Source of the DNA: Podarcis muralis
Lineage: Eukaryota
Assembly: GCF_964188315.1 (NCBI RefSeq)
Contig: NC_135664.1
Location: 74,958,001-75,022,000 of the forward strand
Length of the DNA stretch: 64,000 bases
Reading direction: 5' to 3'
Both the position numbers and the translations under genes were made by a program. Positions 33,329-45,455 of the stretch are shown piece by piece. A model generated the notes under the pieces. It saw only the letters and a program-made list of their open reading frames with translations, had not been told where the DNA came from and did no database searches. Each line of letters opens with the position of its first letter. Position 1 is the first letter of the stretch.

Positions 33329-33714
33329 GTCTAAACCATGGAGCACCTTGGGCTTGCAGATCAGAAGGTGGGCAGTTTTAATCCCCGTGACGGGGTGAGC
33401 TCCCATTGCTCTGTCCCAGCTCCTGCCAACCTAGCAGTTCAAAAGCAGCCAGTGCAAGTAGATAATTAGGTACAGCTGCAGCAGGAAAGTAAACGGCGTC
33501 TGTGGACAAACACTGGCTCCCTTAGCCTGAAAGGAAGATGAGCGCCACAACCCCATAGTCGCCTTTGACTGGACTCATCCGTCCAGGGGTCCTTTACCTT
33601 TACCTAGTTGTTACTTCAACCTGCTGAGCAGAGTCTCTTGTGTACCAGGCTGACCCAGAGGTAAGAACATAAGAAAACCTGCAGGATCAAGCCCACGGCT
33701 CATCTTCTCCAGCC

Positions 33715-34378
33715 TGTAAGATTGGAGTGTGTGTGGAGAGGGATTTGCAATACATACAAAGGAAGTGGCAGTTGGACTTGGCAAGGCATTTTCCAAGGTA
33801 CCAGAAGAAGAGTTAAGGCCAATTTCTTGCATGCACAACAGATGGCCGTCCTGTCAGTTTGCATTTCTTAGTGCAGAAAGCATTGATCCTATTCTCATTA
33901 ATTCAAGAGGGTTCTGGAAGCTTCTCTGTGTGAAAGAAGCAAGCAGAAGGTTTGTGATGTTTGGCTTATTCCTTCAGAGAAGCTGAGTACAGCTGGCTTA
34001 AACTGGTTCTCTTATCACGCTGACTATAATAATAAGGCCAGAAGGAGCCTGGGTTTCACTTTTCTCCCTTCCTGTCTCTCTTTCTGTCTGGTGTGGTGTT
34101 CTGTACGTAGTGTTAAGGTATAGACTTATTCTAAGTTGTTGTAAGTTTAAGTTAAGTCTGCTGCAACTGGATTTCTTATGGTCAGTGCCAATCCTGAATG
34201 TCTGGGCTTTGTGACCATGACGCTCATTTGCCTTCAGTAGCAGTAAAGCTCTGCTGAGTGAAATACAATTGCCTCTGGTCTATTTTCTGGGAATCCTGCA
34301 ATGTGTTCAAGTTTTCACTCGGCTAACTATACATTGGAATCTACTATGGATCTATATTGAGTAGAATTTTCAATGACA
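33715..34378 (+). mobile_element. Putative solo LTR
   Basis: Begins TGTAAG and ends TGACA; flanks cagcc / catcc. Related copies at 24754-25113 (partial) and inverted at 55551-56232. Confidence 0.55.
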
Positions 34379-35142
34379 CATCCAACATTCCATATTCCCT
34401 TTATGCATTCTTTGAATTAAAAGGTGGGGTAGAAATACTTTGAGTGTGTAAATCAACAACTAGCCACTGAGCAATTCCTCCGATGGGACTCCCATTGCTC
34501 CATTCCTCTTGGCTTCCATAGACCCCCCGGGGAGAGTGGCTTTCATTTCCCAACCCTCCTTGTTAACTTGCGTGTTGCAGTTGCAATGAGAGCATCCCTT
34601 GGGTCCCACCTGGGCATAACTCCTCTCTCCCTGCCTGGGATCCGCTAGTTGGATGCAACGCAGAGGGAGCCACCCGGCTCATCCGTGGCTCAGCTGGGAA
34701 GCAGGGATCTCCCTTCCAGAGCCCCGATGGCAGGCCCTCTCTTGCCACTCGGATGCCAGTGTGCTCTGGCCCCGTGAAGGTGGAGCAGGCAGGGGCAGGG
34801 AAAGGCTGGTGCAGAAGAAGCCCGAGGTTGAAGGGGAAGGACGACCTGGAGCTGAGCATCCTGACGGGAGCAGGAGCAAGCGCCCAGCCTCACTGGGCTC
34901 CCAGTGGGGGGGCCTCCAGGTTAGTAGCTTTACCGGACAGAGGGAGGACGGGGGATAGGGAAGCAATTCAGTCTGGTCTGCATTTGAACGCGAATCTGCC
35001 CCATTCACGCTTCCTGAAATGTTAAGAGAACAAGAACTCTGCTAGCCACTGAAATTTGCACTTCTCTGAATGTTGCAGAAAAAGGTGGGTTATAAATGCA
35101 TTAAATAATAAATTCATTTATGGGACAATATATATGGGGCTA

Positions 35143-35497
35143 GGGACATGGGTGGCGCTGTGGGTTAAACCACAGAGCCTAGGACTTGCCAATCAGAAGG
35201 CCGGTGGTTTCAATCCCCGCGACGGGGTGAGCTCCCGTTGCTCAGTCCCTGCTCCTGCCAACCTAGCAGTTCGAAAGCATGTCAAAGTGCAAGTAGATAA
35301 ATAGGTACCGCTCTGGCGGGAAGGTAAATGGCGTTTCCATGCACCGCTCTGATTCTCCAGAAGCGGCTTAGTCAAGCTGGCCTCATGACCCGGAAACTGT
35401 ATGCCGGCTCCCTCGGCCAATAAAGCAAGATGAGAGCTGCAACCCCAGAGTCGGCTGCGACTGGACCTAATGGTCAGGAGACCCTTTACCCTTTACC
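35143..35497 (+). mobile_element. Full-length Sauria-type SINE, duplicate of 25877-26229
   Basis: Same flanks and TSD as the 25877 copy. Confidence 0.92.
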
Positions 35498-37479
35498 TAT
35501 ATATGGAGCTGACACAGCAAGAGATTTCTCCCCCCACCACCGCCCCTCCCCCAAATCTTATCCAATCCACACTTTTCAATGCACAAAGGAGTTTATAATT
35601 CTGGGCTTCACATCCCAATCCCTGAGCAGTGAGATATTTGGGAGTGCAATGTTCACTTATGGTTGACTTTCTTGGAATGGGAGGTTCCTGGAGAGAGAAA
35701 CTACCATGGAGTTACTGTCTCCATGCCATAACATAGTAGCTGTGGAACATATAAGACTACATGAAGCTGCCTTATGCTGACTCAGACCTGTGCTCTGGTC
35801 TCTGAAACATTTGCTTTATCTGCAAATATAGAAGCAGAATAGAAGTGGAGGCGAACAAGCCCTCTTTCTTCAGCAGACAGCACACCGCAAGAGATCATCT
35901 TGCTGCCCCCACCTGATTTCCAGTCTCTTCCAACTAGAAGTGTCACAGCAAAAGTGGCCCTGCAAAAGTCATCTTGTCCAATCTCCAGCAATGCAACAAT
36001 CTCAGCTCAAGCATCCCTGACAGAGGGCCATCCAACCAATGCTTAAAAACCTCCATGAAAGGAGAGTCCACCACCTTCTGAGAGAGCCCCTTCCACTACT
36101 GAACGGCTTTTACTGTCAAATAATTCTTCCCAATGTTTAATTGGAATCTCCTTTCTTCTACAGTGAGCCCAAAGCCCATGTGGGGGTTACAGGCTGGGAA
36201 TTGCACCGGAAGCCAAAATCACATATAGTCAAAACACGCTGCGTCCAATAAATAGTGGAATTGCCAAAGTCATTTGTTCCCTGGGAACCTCCCCCCCCTT
36301 CTTTCCACACCCTTTTTATTTATTTTTGTGATTTGGGGTCATGTGCGTAAAGCCTAATGCGCACAAGTTAAATGCCCATAAGTTGTGGGCTTACTGTAAT
36401 TTGGAGCCTCCCCTCTGGAGCAGCAGAAAACAAGTTTGCTCCACCTTCCATATTCAGATATTTGGAGAAGGCTCTCAGACCCCCCTCTCAGTCCTCTGTT
36501 CTCCAGGACACAGACACCCTGCTCTCTCCCTTGGGGTCCATTCCAACTCCCCAATTCTATGATTATGTCTTCAGCCCTAGTCAGAACACTCTAACCACCA
36601 CATCCCATTGCCTTCCCCACATCCTCAAAGCAGAACAAAAGGTTAATTGTGTTGCCTCTTCCAAGAAAGAGGAGGAGACATCAGCTTGCTTGTGGTGCTT
36701 CTCATTCCAGGTTCCTCTCCGGCTTCCTTTCCTGACCAAGGCAGGCCCTGAAGACTAGCGATGAGAATTCTGGGAGTGGAGAGGAAATGTCACGGCCACC
36801 AGCCAGTTGGGGATGTCTCCAACAGCACCCCTGATTCGTCAAAGCAGGGTTGTTCCCGTCCCCCCTTGAAGGGAGAGGAGTGACGTCCGACCATCCCTGG
36901 AGGACCCTAACCCACCCACCACTGATTTGTAGCAGCTGGCCTTGACACCAGACTATTGGGTGGGGAGGTTAAAGGAGAAAAACCGTTAGTTTGATGTGAA
37001 TGATTTTTGGACTAGGGGGAGATGGAGGTTCATTTGCTTATTTGTGGGTCAGAGTGTTACTTAGTTTATTATTTGCATGTGGTCAGTGTTGTTTGCCCCT
37101 GTTTATATGGCTGGTTTTCCCTTCCCCACCAATGTAATGTTTTGTGAAATATCAATATATTATATGATTCCCCCCCCCCACCTTCCCTCCATGGTATTAC
37201 GTATTGTATAATTTTTCTTTGCCAAAAGTCACTTGGAGACCTTCAGGTGACAAGAGACTAAGAAGTTTAATCAACAACAACACTGAATTAGACGGATCAA
37301 TGGTCTGAGTGGGTAGAAGACCATAGAATCACAGAACTGTAGCATAGTAAAGGGTCCCCCAAAGGTCCTCTAGTCTAACTCCCTGCAATTCAGGAACTTC
37401 CTCTCTTTCCTTTTTCTGCCTGGCAGCCTTTCCCTCAAACTCAATCCTTCTTTCTCTACAGATAATCTCTGCATTTCCC

Positions 37480-38439
37480 ATGGCTGGCAGCAGCAACTGG
37501 ACCCAGGTGACAGAGTTTGTTCTTCTGGGTTTCTCCGGGATCACGCATGGTCAGACATACCTGTTCCTGGTGTTCTTGGTGATCTACTTGGTCACCCTGT
37601 TGGGGAACCTCACCATAGTTGGCCTGATCCTGCTGGATTCCCACCTTCATAGCCCCATGTACTTCTTCCTCAGCCATTTGTCTTGCATGGACGTTTGCTA
37701 CTCCTCCGTCACTGTCCCCAGCATTTTGGCCAACCTCCGCCGCCGCCGCCACACCATCTCCTACCACCCATGCCTGGTGCAGATGTTCTTCCTGATGGCT
37801 TTCTCAGGTTCTGAGTGCTGGCTGTTGGCCGCCATGGCATACGATCGCTATGCCGCCATTTGCCAGCCTTTGCGTTACTCGCACCTCATGAGCCCGCGTG
37901 TGTGCGTGCAGCTAGCCACCACCATCTGGGTCTCAGGGTTCTTGGACTCAGTGGTCCACGCAGCCTTGGCCTCCAATTTACACTTCTGCGGGGCCTTCCA
38001 GATCCACCACATCTTCTGCGACCTCCCGCCGCTGCTGAAAATTGCCTGCGGGAACAAGAGCCTCAACGAAATTGTCATTCAGGTAGCCACCATCTTTGTG
38101 GGCCTGAGCCCGTTCCTGGTAGTCGTTGTCTCCTACGTCTACATCTTGGCTTCCATCTTGCGGATCCGCTCCAACACCGGGCGGCGCAAGGCCTTCTCCA
38201 CCTGCACCTCCCACATGATAGTGGTCGTCCTCTACTTCGGAAATGGACTGGTGAACTACTACCGCCCCAGCGCAGGCTACTCTCTGGAGATAGACACCCT
38301 GCTCTCCACCATGTACTGCATCATCACCCCTATGCTGAACCCCCTCATCTACAGCCTCCGAAACAAGGAGGTGAAGGGCGCCCTGAGGAAGGTTCTGGAA
38401 AGCCAGAGGAAGTTCTGCACTTCCTCTCGCAAGCCGTGA
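37480..38439 (+). CDS. Olfactory receptor (OR-3), 319 aa, intact
   Basis: All OR motifs present; acceptor AG at 37460-37461. Confidence 0.96.
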   Translation: MAGSSNWTQVTEFVLLGFSGITHGQTYLFLVFLVIYLVTLLGNLTIVGLILLDSHLHSPMYFFLSHLSCMDVCYSSVTVPSILANLRRRRHTISYHPCLVQMFFLMAFSGSECWLLAAMAYDRYAAICQPLRYSHLMSPRVCVQLATTIWVSGFLDSVVHAALASNLHFCGAFQIHHIFCDLPPLLKIACGNKSLNEIVIQVATIFVGLSPFLVVVVSYVYILASILRIRSNTGRRKAFSTCTSHMIVVVLYFGNGLVNYYRPSAGYSLEIDTLLSTMYCIITPMLNPLIYSLRNKEVKGALRKVLESQRKFCTSSRKP

Positions 38440-39139
38440 GAGCGAAGGTGAGAGGGAGGGAAGGAGAAGGTGCCAGCTGTCTTCCCGGCAAAGCCCAGTG
38501 GCCCCAAAACAGGGCATGAAAGGAGGTGCTAAATTCCCTCAGTCTGTGGTTCTCACTAGGCTACCGGCCTTCCAGACTCCTTGGTTAACTCCTTAGTGGA
38601 AGGAGACAAACAAGAGGGAGTTAGTCCAAGAAAACTTGGGTTTTATTTGAAATTGTTCTAGACAAAGATACTCAACAGGCCTTGGGGGCCAGCTAATATA
38701 AATATATAAAGCCGTTTTATTTCCCCAGAGAAACTTGGAAAATTCTCTTCATTTTAAATTCTTCATTTATTTTCCGTTGCCGCTGACATCTTTTGTTATG
38801 ACTAAAGCTTTATATTTTGTTGCTCACAGCTGTGTTTCTTTTTAATGTAAGTGACCCAGAAAATGTTGTTGTTGGGTGGCAAATAAATATTGTCAATAAA
38901 AAACAAATACACAAACAAAACCTTGTGCATTGTGCTTGGATGCTGAGTTAAGCCAGATCTTGTTCTCTGTTGTGCTGAGTTGGGTGGGTGGGAAGAGGTG
39001 GGATTGGTAGGTTCATGAGCAAGTGTAAATCTGGGACCCTTCCCCAACTGCGTGAAGAAGCTTGCCAGAATAGGAGTATCTTCAGCTGTTTCCAGAAAAT
39101 ACAAATAATGGGCATCTGCCCCAACTGAACACGGATGCT

Positions 39140-39340
39140 GTATCAGCAGCAGGGCCTTGTCAGTAGTGGCGCCTGCCCTGTGGAATGCCCTCCCATCAGA
39201 AGTCAAGGAAATAAATGACTATCTGACTTTTAGAAGACACCTGAAGGTAGCCCTGTTTAGGGTAGTTTATAATGTTTGATGTTTTATCGTGCTTTTAATA
39301 TTCTGTTGGGAGCCGCCCAGAATGGCTGGGGTATAAATAA
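39140..39340 (+). mobile_element. L2 3' fragment, duplicated at about 62845-63030
   Basis: gtggcgcctgccctgtggaatgccctcccatcag...gagccgcccaga. Confidence 0.8.
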
Positions 39341-39347
39341 TAAATTA

Positions 39348-39699
39348 CAGTGGTGCCCCGCAAGACGAATGCCTCGCAAGACGGAAAACCCGCTAGACGA
39401 AAGGGTTTTCCATTTGCGATGCGCTTCGCAAGACAAATTTCCCTATGGGCTTGCTTCGCAAGACGGAAATGTCTTGCGAGTCTCGCCATTCCCCCCCTGC
39501 TCCCCCCCTTTTTCTAAGCCGCTAAGCCGCTAATAGCCTTTTAGCAGCCAAGCCGCTAAGCCTTTAATAGCCACTAAGCCGCTAAACCGCTAATAGCGCT
39601 AATCCGCTTAGCCGCTAATGGGGTTGCTTCGCAAGACGAAAAAACCGGTAGATGAAGAGAATCGCGGAACGGATTCTTTTCGTCTTGCGAGGCACCATT
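39348..39699 (-). mobile_element. Tc1/mariner (Tigger-like) MITE with internal minisatellite
   Basis: TIR cagtggtgccccgcaagacg preceded by TA; internal (taagccgc)n; inverted relative to 63448-63770. Confidence 0.85.
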
Positions 39700-39944
39700 A
39701 TTATACAAAACAGGGGCAGCCACTCTGAAGGCACTGCTCCAAACTGCCATGAACTAAGCTTTGGATATTTCAGGGACTTCAAGGATAGCCTTTCCTGCAG
39801 AACATAGTGACCTCCTGGGACTATCAGGGATTAAGGTAGCCTCAGACAAAGTGTTCCTTGCTGGTGGGAGTTTGCCCCCACAAGCAGCTTAGCTGCTGCA
39901 ACCTGCAGCCTCCAGAGCAGTCTTGAGAGTAGCCTCACATGAAA

Positions 39945-40240
39945 CCATAGAGCAGGAAGGGACTCCAAGGGTCCTCTAGTCCAACCCCCTGCAATGCAGG
40001 AATCTCAGGAAAAGCATCCATGACAGGTGGCCACCCGACTTCTGCTTAAAAACCTCCAAGGAAGGAGAATCCACCACCTTCCAAGGGCATCCCTTCCACT
40101 GTTGAGCAGTTCTTGTTATCAGAAAGCTCTTCCTGATGTTGAGTCAGGATCTGTTACAAGATCTCCTTTCTTGTAACTTGAAGCCATGGGTTTGAGTCCT
40201 ACCCTCCAGCGCAGGAGTAAACAAACTTGCTCCATCTTCC
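39945..40240 (-). mobile_element. CR1 3' fragment; similar piece at about 35990-36130
   Basis: catagagcaggaagggac...tagtccaacccc and aaaacctccaaggaaggagaatccaccacc. Confidence 0.7.
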
Positions 40241-41629
40241 ATGGGAAAACCCTTAATGTCTGGAGCTCCTCCATGGAAGAAGACTCTCTTCCTCTCTGGT
40301 CCAGGCACAGCCCAGGATGCTGGCAGCCTCCCAAAAGCTGTGCCCTTCCCCATCTCCTGCATTGGCTACTGCTTCCACCTTCTTACTAGCCACGGTCACT
40401 AGAGTCTCTCACGAGGATGATCTCCTCCTCTTTGTCCTATCTGCCTACAACGCTGGTGGCTGGCAGGTGAGAGACAGAATTTTAATTTCCCCATAGCTCT
40501 TCCTTCCTTGCTTTCTCACCTGGCTTAACAACATCCACACAGGAGCTCCAATGGTGAAAATGAGTCTCAAAGGGAATTTCAATCTCGCCAGGAGGACACA
40601 CTTTCCATAACATGACTTGATAGCTCTGAGGTTACTGCTGGCCTCCTGCCCCCTCCCTATCAGCAATTAAGGGTGCCCCAATTAAAGGACACCATCCATT
40701 GTGCTTGGCTCTAGCATACCTGCAAAAAAATCCTACTCCCATGGGACATTTTGATTAGCTGCAGCTGCAGCCTTCCTCTCTGTGGATTCTGGGTGCACAG
40801 ATAACCCCATGGTCCACACACAAGGTAACAATTCCTCCCCTACAAGGAAAGACAGCCAGCCACCCACAAGGCAGGCAGCAGAGCAGTTTGCTCACAACGA
40901 ACATGGGCCCTGGTGTCACCATGAGATCTTCAAGGCCCTTCCTTGGTGTCACGTTTGGAGAAGAGATTTTGCCCAAGCTGCCTCCTCACAACTGGTTGTA
41001 TTCAGAACTTCTACTGGTGGGAAATTAGGGCCTTAATGTATCTTCTTCCCAGGGTAAACGGAAGTTCAAGGCCTCCATTTCACAAGGTGAGGAGGAGAAG
41101 GAATCCAGAGTTGGCCAGCCGTCAGCAGCTAACTAGTTAGCAAGAAACGGTGAGTTGCCTGGCTGTCATTTACCCACCTTCCAAATGACTGGAGTCTTCT
41201 TTGATTGAGGGCAATGCAAGGAATGTGTTAGCATGAAAGGAGAAGGGAGAGGGAAGTGGAAGAGGGACTGGAGCTCATTGCCAGAGCAGCTGCATTGCAA
41301 GCAGAAGGTCCTTGGGTCAACCTTTTGGGCATCTCCAATTTAAAGCATCTTGGGTACCAGGCAGGGGGAAAGTCCTTACCTCTGTGCCCATCCCTGAGAG
41401 ATGCTGCCAGTTGTGCAGCTCAGGCTGGACTTTGGAGCAACGGGGACCCCCAAATGACCACCCAGAGAGTGGTAGTTGGTGGGGTCACCAGCAAACAAGC
41501 CCCTCCTGGTCCCTGCAGCATCCTTCCATCTTATTTGCTCTTTTTAAATTCATAGTTAGCAGCTAAGCATATGCAAGTACTCATTAACAAAACGAGCATA
41601 ATAGAGCTTTAAGCCACTGGTGTCAAGGT

Positions 41630-42125
41630 GGTCTTTTTTTTAAAAAAAGAAAAATCTTGTTTATTGAGTTTTACATTGCAAATTTAAATTCAAACATTAA
41701 ACATCAACACCATCATTTAGGATCCCCTGAATTCTTTGACTCCCCTCCTCCCTTCCATTGTTACCATTATCAATCTTTTTTCAACTCCTTCACTTATTTT
41801 CTCTATTTTTCTTAAATAATCAATTTTACCTTAATTTTTAGTCCATTACAAGCGTTACTCAAATCCTGCCAGAGTTTTTAGTTGTTTACAGTGGTCTTTT
41901 AAATACATTGTAAATTTTCCCAATTCCTTTTTAAAGTTCTTCTCTTCCTGGTTTCTACTTTTCCCAGTTTCGCCATCTTCATCAACCATTCGCCTCTAGT
42001 CAGGACTTTCTCTTCTTTCCATCTCTGGGCTGGTAGTGTCTGTGCTGCTGTCGTCGCATATATAAATGATTGTTTCTGCTCCTTTGGTATCTCTGCACCT
42101 AAAATTCCTAGCAAAAAAGCCTGTT
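41630..42125 (-). mobile_element. L1 3' fragment
   Basis: ORF 41899-42114 (YATTAAQTLPAQRWKEEKVLTRGEWLMKM); AATAAA and poly(A) on the reverse strand. Confidence 0.85.
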
Positions 42126-42274
42126 TTCCCCCACAAACTTTATTTTAAACATTTTTTTCAGCTCATTGTGTATCATTTCCCAGAATGTGGATGTAGTCTT
42201 AGATATTAATGTATCAATATGCTAGTGTTTAATTTTAAAACTGCCTTGAGGAGGTTTTTTTAAAAAACCTAAAC

Positions 42275-42510
42275 TAAGGCCCGGGGGCTGGATCCGGCCC
42301 AATCGCCTTCTAAATCTGGCCCACGGACGGTCAGGGAATCAGCGTGTTTTTACATGAATAGAATGTGTCCTTTTATTTAAAATGCATCTATAGGTTATTT
42401 GTGGGGCATAGGAATCAGTTCATCCCCCCCCAAAAAAATATAGTCCGGCCCCCCACAAGGTCTGAGAGACAGTGGACCGGCCCCCTGCTGAAAAGGTTTG
42501 CTGACCCCTC
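42275..42510 (-). mobile_element. hAT (Charlie-like) MITE fragment
   Basis: Terminus aaaaggtttgctgacccct and multiple ggccc subterminal motifs. Confidence 0.65.
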
Positions 42511-43845
42511 CCCTAGCAGCACTCCTTTGATGTTCTCCACCCCTTTGGCAAACACAGGTTCTCTGAAGTGCTCTTCAGAATGGGGGTCCCAGTCCTGACA
42601 CCTGGCTCAGTGACCCCCAAAGTCCCTGAAAATTCCAACCTGCAGATGCCCAGCTCCTTACCTGGAACCCTGCAGACACTTTCTTCTGCTCCTCCAGTGT
42701 CTCGACCTTGAAGCTCTTCATTACGCTCCTGATTTAATCCATCTGCTCTCCTCAGCCTTGAGCCATCAGAAGAGAGAGGATGCAGACCTCAGTGGAGGCA
42801 GGTTTATGCTCAAAACAGCAAGAGCAACAGCAGACAGGGCTGCTTGAAAAGGCGAAGTAAGAATGTGTGTCTTTATCCAGGCAGGCCTGGAGCTGGTCAT
42901 CTCCCAGATTAAGTCTTCCATGTGGCCCAGAAGGATTCTGGTTCTCAATGTTCACAGTGAGTCAAAATGGTACCCAATATGTGGCTTGCCCCTAATTTCC
43001 CATGAGGCTAGCAGAGGAAAGGAAACTACTGGGAGCAGGGCTGGCTCAATGCATTTTGCTGCCAGAGGCAAACCAGAAAACGGTGTCCCTCTTGCCATTT
43101 GACCTGGCTAGAACATAGAACAGTCGCCAGGAAATAACTACCACCCACTATGGACTTAGAGACACACTCTTAATCATTTTTCATGTATTTGTCCAGTGTT
43201 GTCCAGTGCATATTGAGCAAAGGTTTGGAACCAATGACTTTCAGAGCCTGTTCTATCCCTAAAATGCTCTGATTCTAATTGGAGCAAGCGCCCCAGATCT
43301 TTGCAATTTAACGGCACAGTTTGCAGAGATTGTAATAATGAGGATTTTTACTCAGGCGGGGGGGGGGGGGAAGCCCACTTATGTCCAATGGATCTTATTC
43401 TCGGGAAACCGCAGTGGATTTGTTTGTTTGTGGGGGTTAAGAAAGCCCCTCAACCTCACCCCTCGCCTCAACTGAGCCTTCGGTCCTGAAACAAAAATCA
43501 TTGAAATTGACAATATAAAAAACACAAAACTGAACTTAACTGCACGGTTTGGTTTACGTGACCGCAGTCTGAAAGCACCTCTAAGGCTAGGATCCTAGGC
43601 ACAGTTAACATGTGAGTAAGACATGTGAGCCAAAAATAAAAAATAAAAAAACCAAAAGAGAAGAGTCTCTGAGTTACGTTTGGCATACAAAGTCAAGTCT
43701 GTTCTGAGGGTTGGGCAAACAGCAATCAACATAGTCAGGTGAGCCAGAGGTCAGGGATGCCCATGAAGCCAAGAGTCCAGACAGAGAGCAGGAAGCAGCA
43801 AAGTATGGCCAGGAACCACAGGCACTGTTTCCAGCATCTAAATCG

Positions 43846-43975
43846 GGCATAGACAAACTCCGGCCCTCCAGATGTTTGGGACTACAATTCCCATCATCCC
43901 TAGCTAACACGACCAGTGGTCAGGGATGATGGGAATTGTAATCCCAAACATCTGGAAGGTCGGAGTTTGCCAGAT
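43846..43975. mobile_element. Palindromic MITE, same family as 19590-19706
   Basis: Arms aaactccggccctccagatgtttgggactac / gtaatcccaaacatctggaaggtcggagttt. Confidence 0.78.
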
Positions 43976-44519
43976 CTAAGTGCTGCTGGAAGTTCTGCTT
44001 AAGAAGGCTGAAGCCAGCTGGTTCTCATCAGTGCCTTCTCCTCTGTGACCTGGAAGGCTAATCAGGTGCAGGTGGAGTCACTCTGCCATCTCCCCCTCCA
44101 GGTTGCTGTTCAGCAGGTGAAGCTGACTCCTGGCCCAGGACAATATCAGAGTCACCCCTCTCCCCCCCCCATCCTCAGCCCTAAGTTTTAGACTTGGAAA
44201 AGGACGCCAGGATGGTTCAAGGCAACCCAAATGCACCTCCTTTTTTCGGGTGGAGATAAGAGACGTGTGGATTTAGGGTTTTAGAAAAATGGTGCATTTG
44301 AGGAGACATTTGAAGGGGAAAAGAATGTATAGTTGCCTCGTATTATTTTTGAAATAAACTCTGGGGAATGCAAATGAGAATGGCGGGGGGGAGGGGGATC
44401 TTCTTCTGAATTGAACTTGATAGTACAGATATCTTTCTATAGCAGAGTGACCCCTGAAGCCTTTTAACTTCCCTTAACACCACATTTATCTCTCCTCAGA
44501 TCCCCCTCTTTTCTTCTTC

Positions 44520-45455
44520 ATGGACACAGAGAATCAAACCCAGGTTGGGGAGTTTATCTTCTTGGGTCTCTCCAGAGCCCCAGGCGACCAAGTTCCCCTC
44601 TTCTTGGTCTTCCTAGCTGCCTATTTGGCCATCGTCACGGGCAACCTCATGATATTAATCGTGGTCCTGATGGATTCCCGCCTTCACAGCCCCATGTACT
44701 TCTTCCTCAGTCACCTGTCTTGCTTGGACATTTGTGTTTCTTCTGTTGTCGTGCCAAAGATCCTGGTGAACTTCCTGCGCCAGAGTCACACCATCTCCTA
44801 CAACCAGTGCATGGCACAAACATTCTTTCTGATTGGCTTTGCTGGGTGTGAGCCTGCCCTGTTAGCCGTCATGGCCTATGACCGCTATGCCGCCATTTGC
44901 CAGCCATTGCACTACAGCCGTCTCATGAGGCACAGGCTGTGCATCTATCTCGCTGTGGCCTCCTGGGTCTGGGGCTTCCTGGACTCAGCGATTCACACTG
45001 CCTTGGCCTCCAGGCTTCGCTTCTGTGGAGCCAACCAGATTCCACAAATCTTTTGTGATGTGCCACCACTGTTGAAGATCGCCTGCAGTGATACGAGCAT
45101 CAATGAACTGGCCACTCACATCACCAGCATCTTTGTGGGTCTGAGCCCCTTCCTCTTCATCATCTTCTCCTATTTCTACATCCTGGCCTCCATTCTGAAG
45201 ATTCACTCCAACACTGGCAGGAAGAAAGCCTTCTCCACCTGTGCCTCACACTTGGTTGTGGTCACCCTCTGCGTCGGAAATGGATTCCTAAACTACAACC
45301 GCCCAAGCACCGGCTACTCTCTGGAGATAGACACTCTGATCTCCGCGATGTTCTGCATCGTCACCCCCATGCTGAACCCCCTCATCTACAGCCTCCGCAA
45401 TAAGGAGGTGAAGGAAGCCCTGAGGAAGGTTCTGATTTGCCGGGGGATAGTTTGA
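44520..45455 (+). CDS. Olfactory receptor (OR-4), 311 aa, intact
   Basis: All OR motifs present; acceptor AG at 44498-44499, 20 nt upstream of the ATG. Confidence 0.96.
   Translation: MDTENQTQVGEFIFLGLSRAPGDQVPLFLVFLAAYLAIVTGNLMILIVVLMDSRLHSPMYFFLSHLSCLDICVSSVVVPKILVNFLRQSHTISYNQCMAQTFFLIGFAGCEPALLAVMAYDRYAAICQPLHYSRLMRHRLCIYLAVASWVWGFLDSAIHTALASRLRFCGANQIPQIFCDVPPLLKIACSDTSINELATHITSIFVGLSPFLFIIFSYFYILASILKIHSNTGRKKAFSTCASHLVVVTLCVGNGFLNYNRPSTGYSLEIDTLISAMFCIVTPMLNPLIYSLRNKEVKEALRKVLICRGIV

Larger units (their letters stand above)
32613..33603 (+). mobile_element. Degenerate Sauria-type SINE split by hAT family A copy 2
   Basis: Head gggacatgagtggtgctgtggtctaaac resumes at 33337 and ends in cctttaccttta. 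Confidence 0.85.
30861..38250 (+). repeat. Tandem segmental duplication, unit 2 (OR-2 3' end to OR-3 5' part)
   Basis: Paralog of 23651-30860, sharing the SINE insertion and the putative LTR. Confidence 0.88.

Noticed and set aside
32711-33406. 231-aa minus-strand ORF as a genuine gene
   Set aside because: It runs across SINE, transposon arm, (CA)n and captured cargo; only 32752-33025 resembles a host protein.
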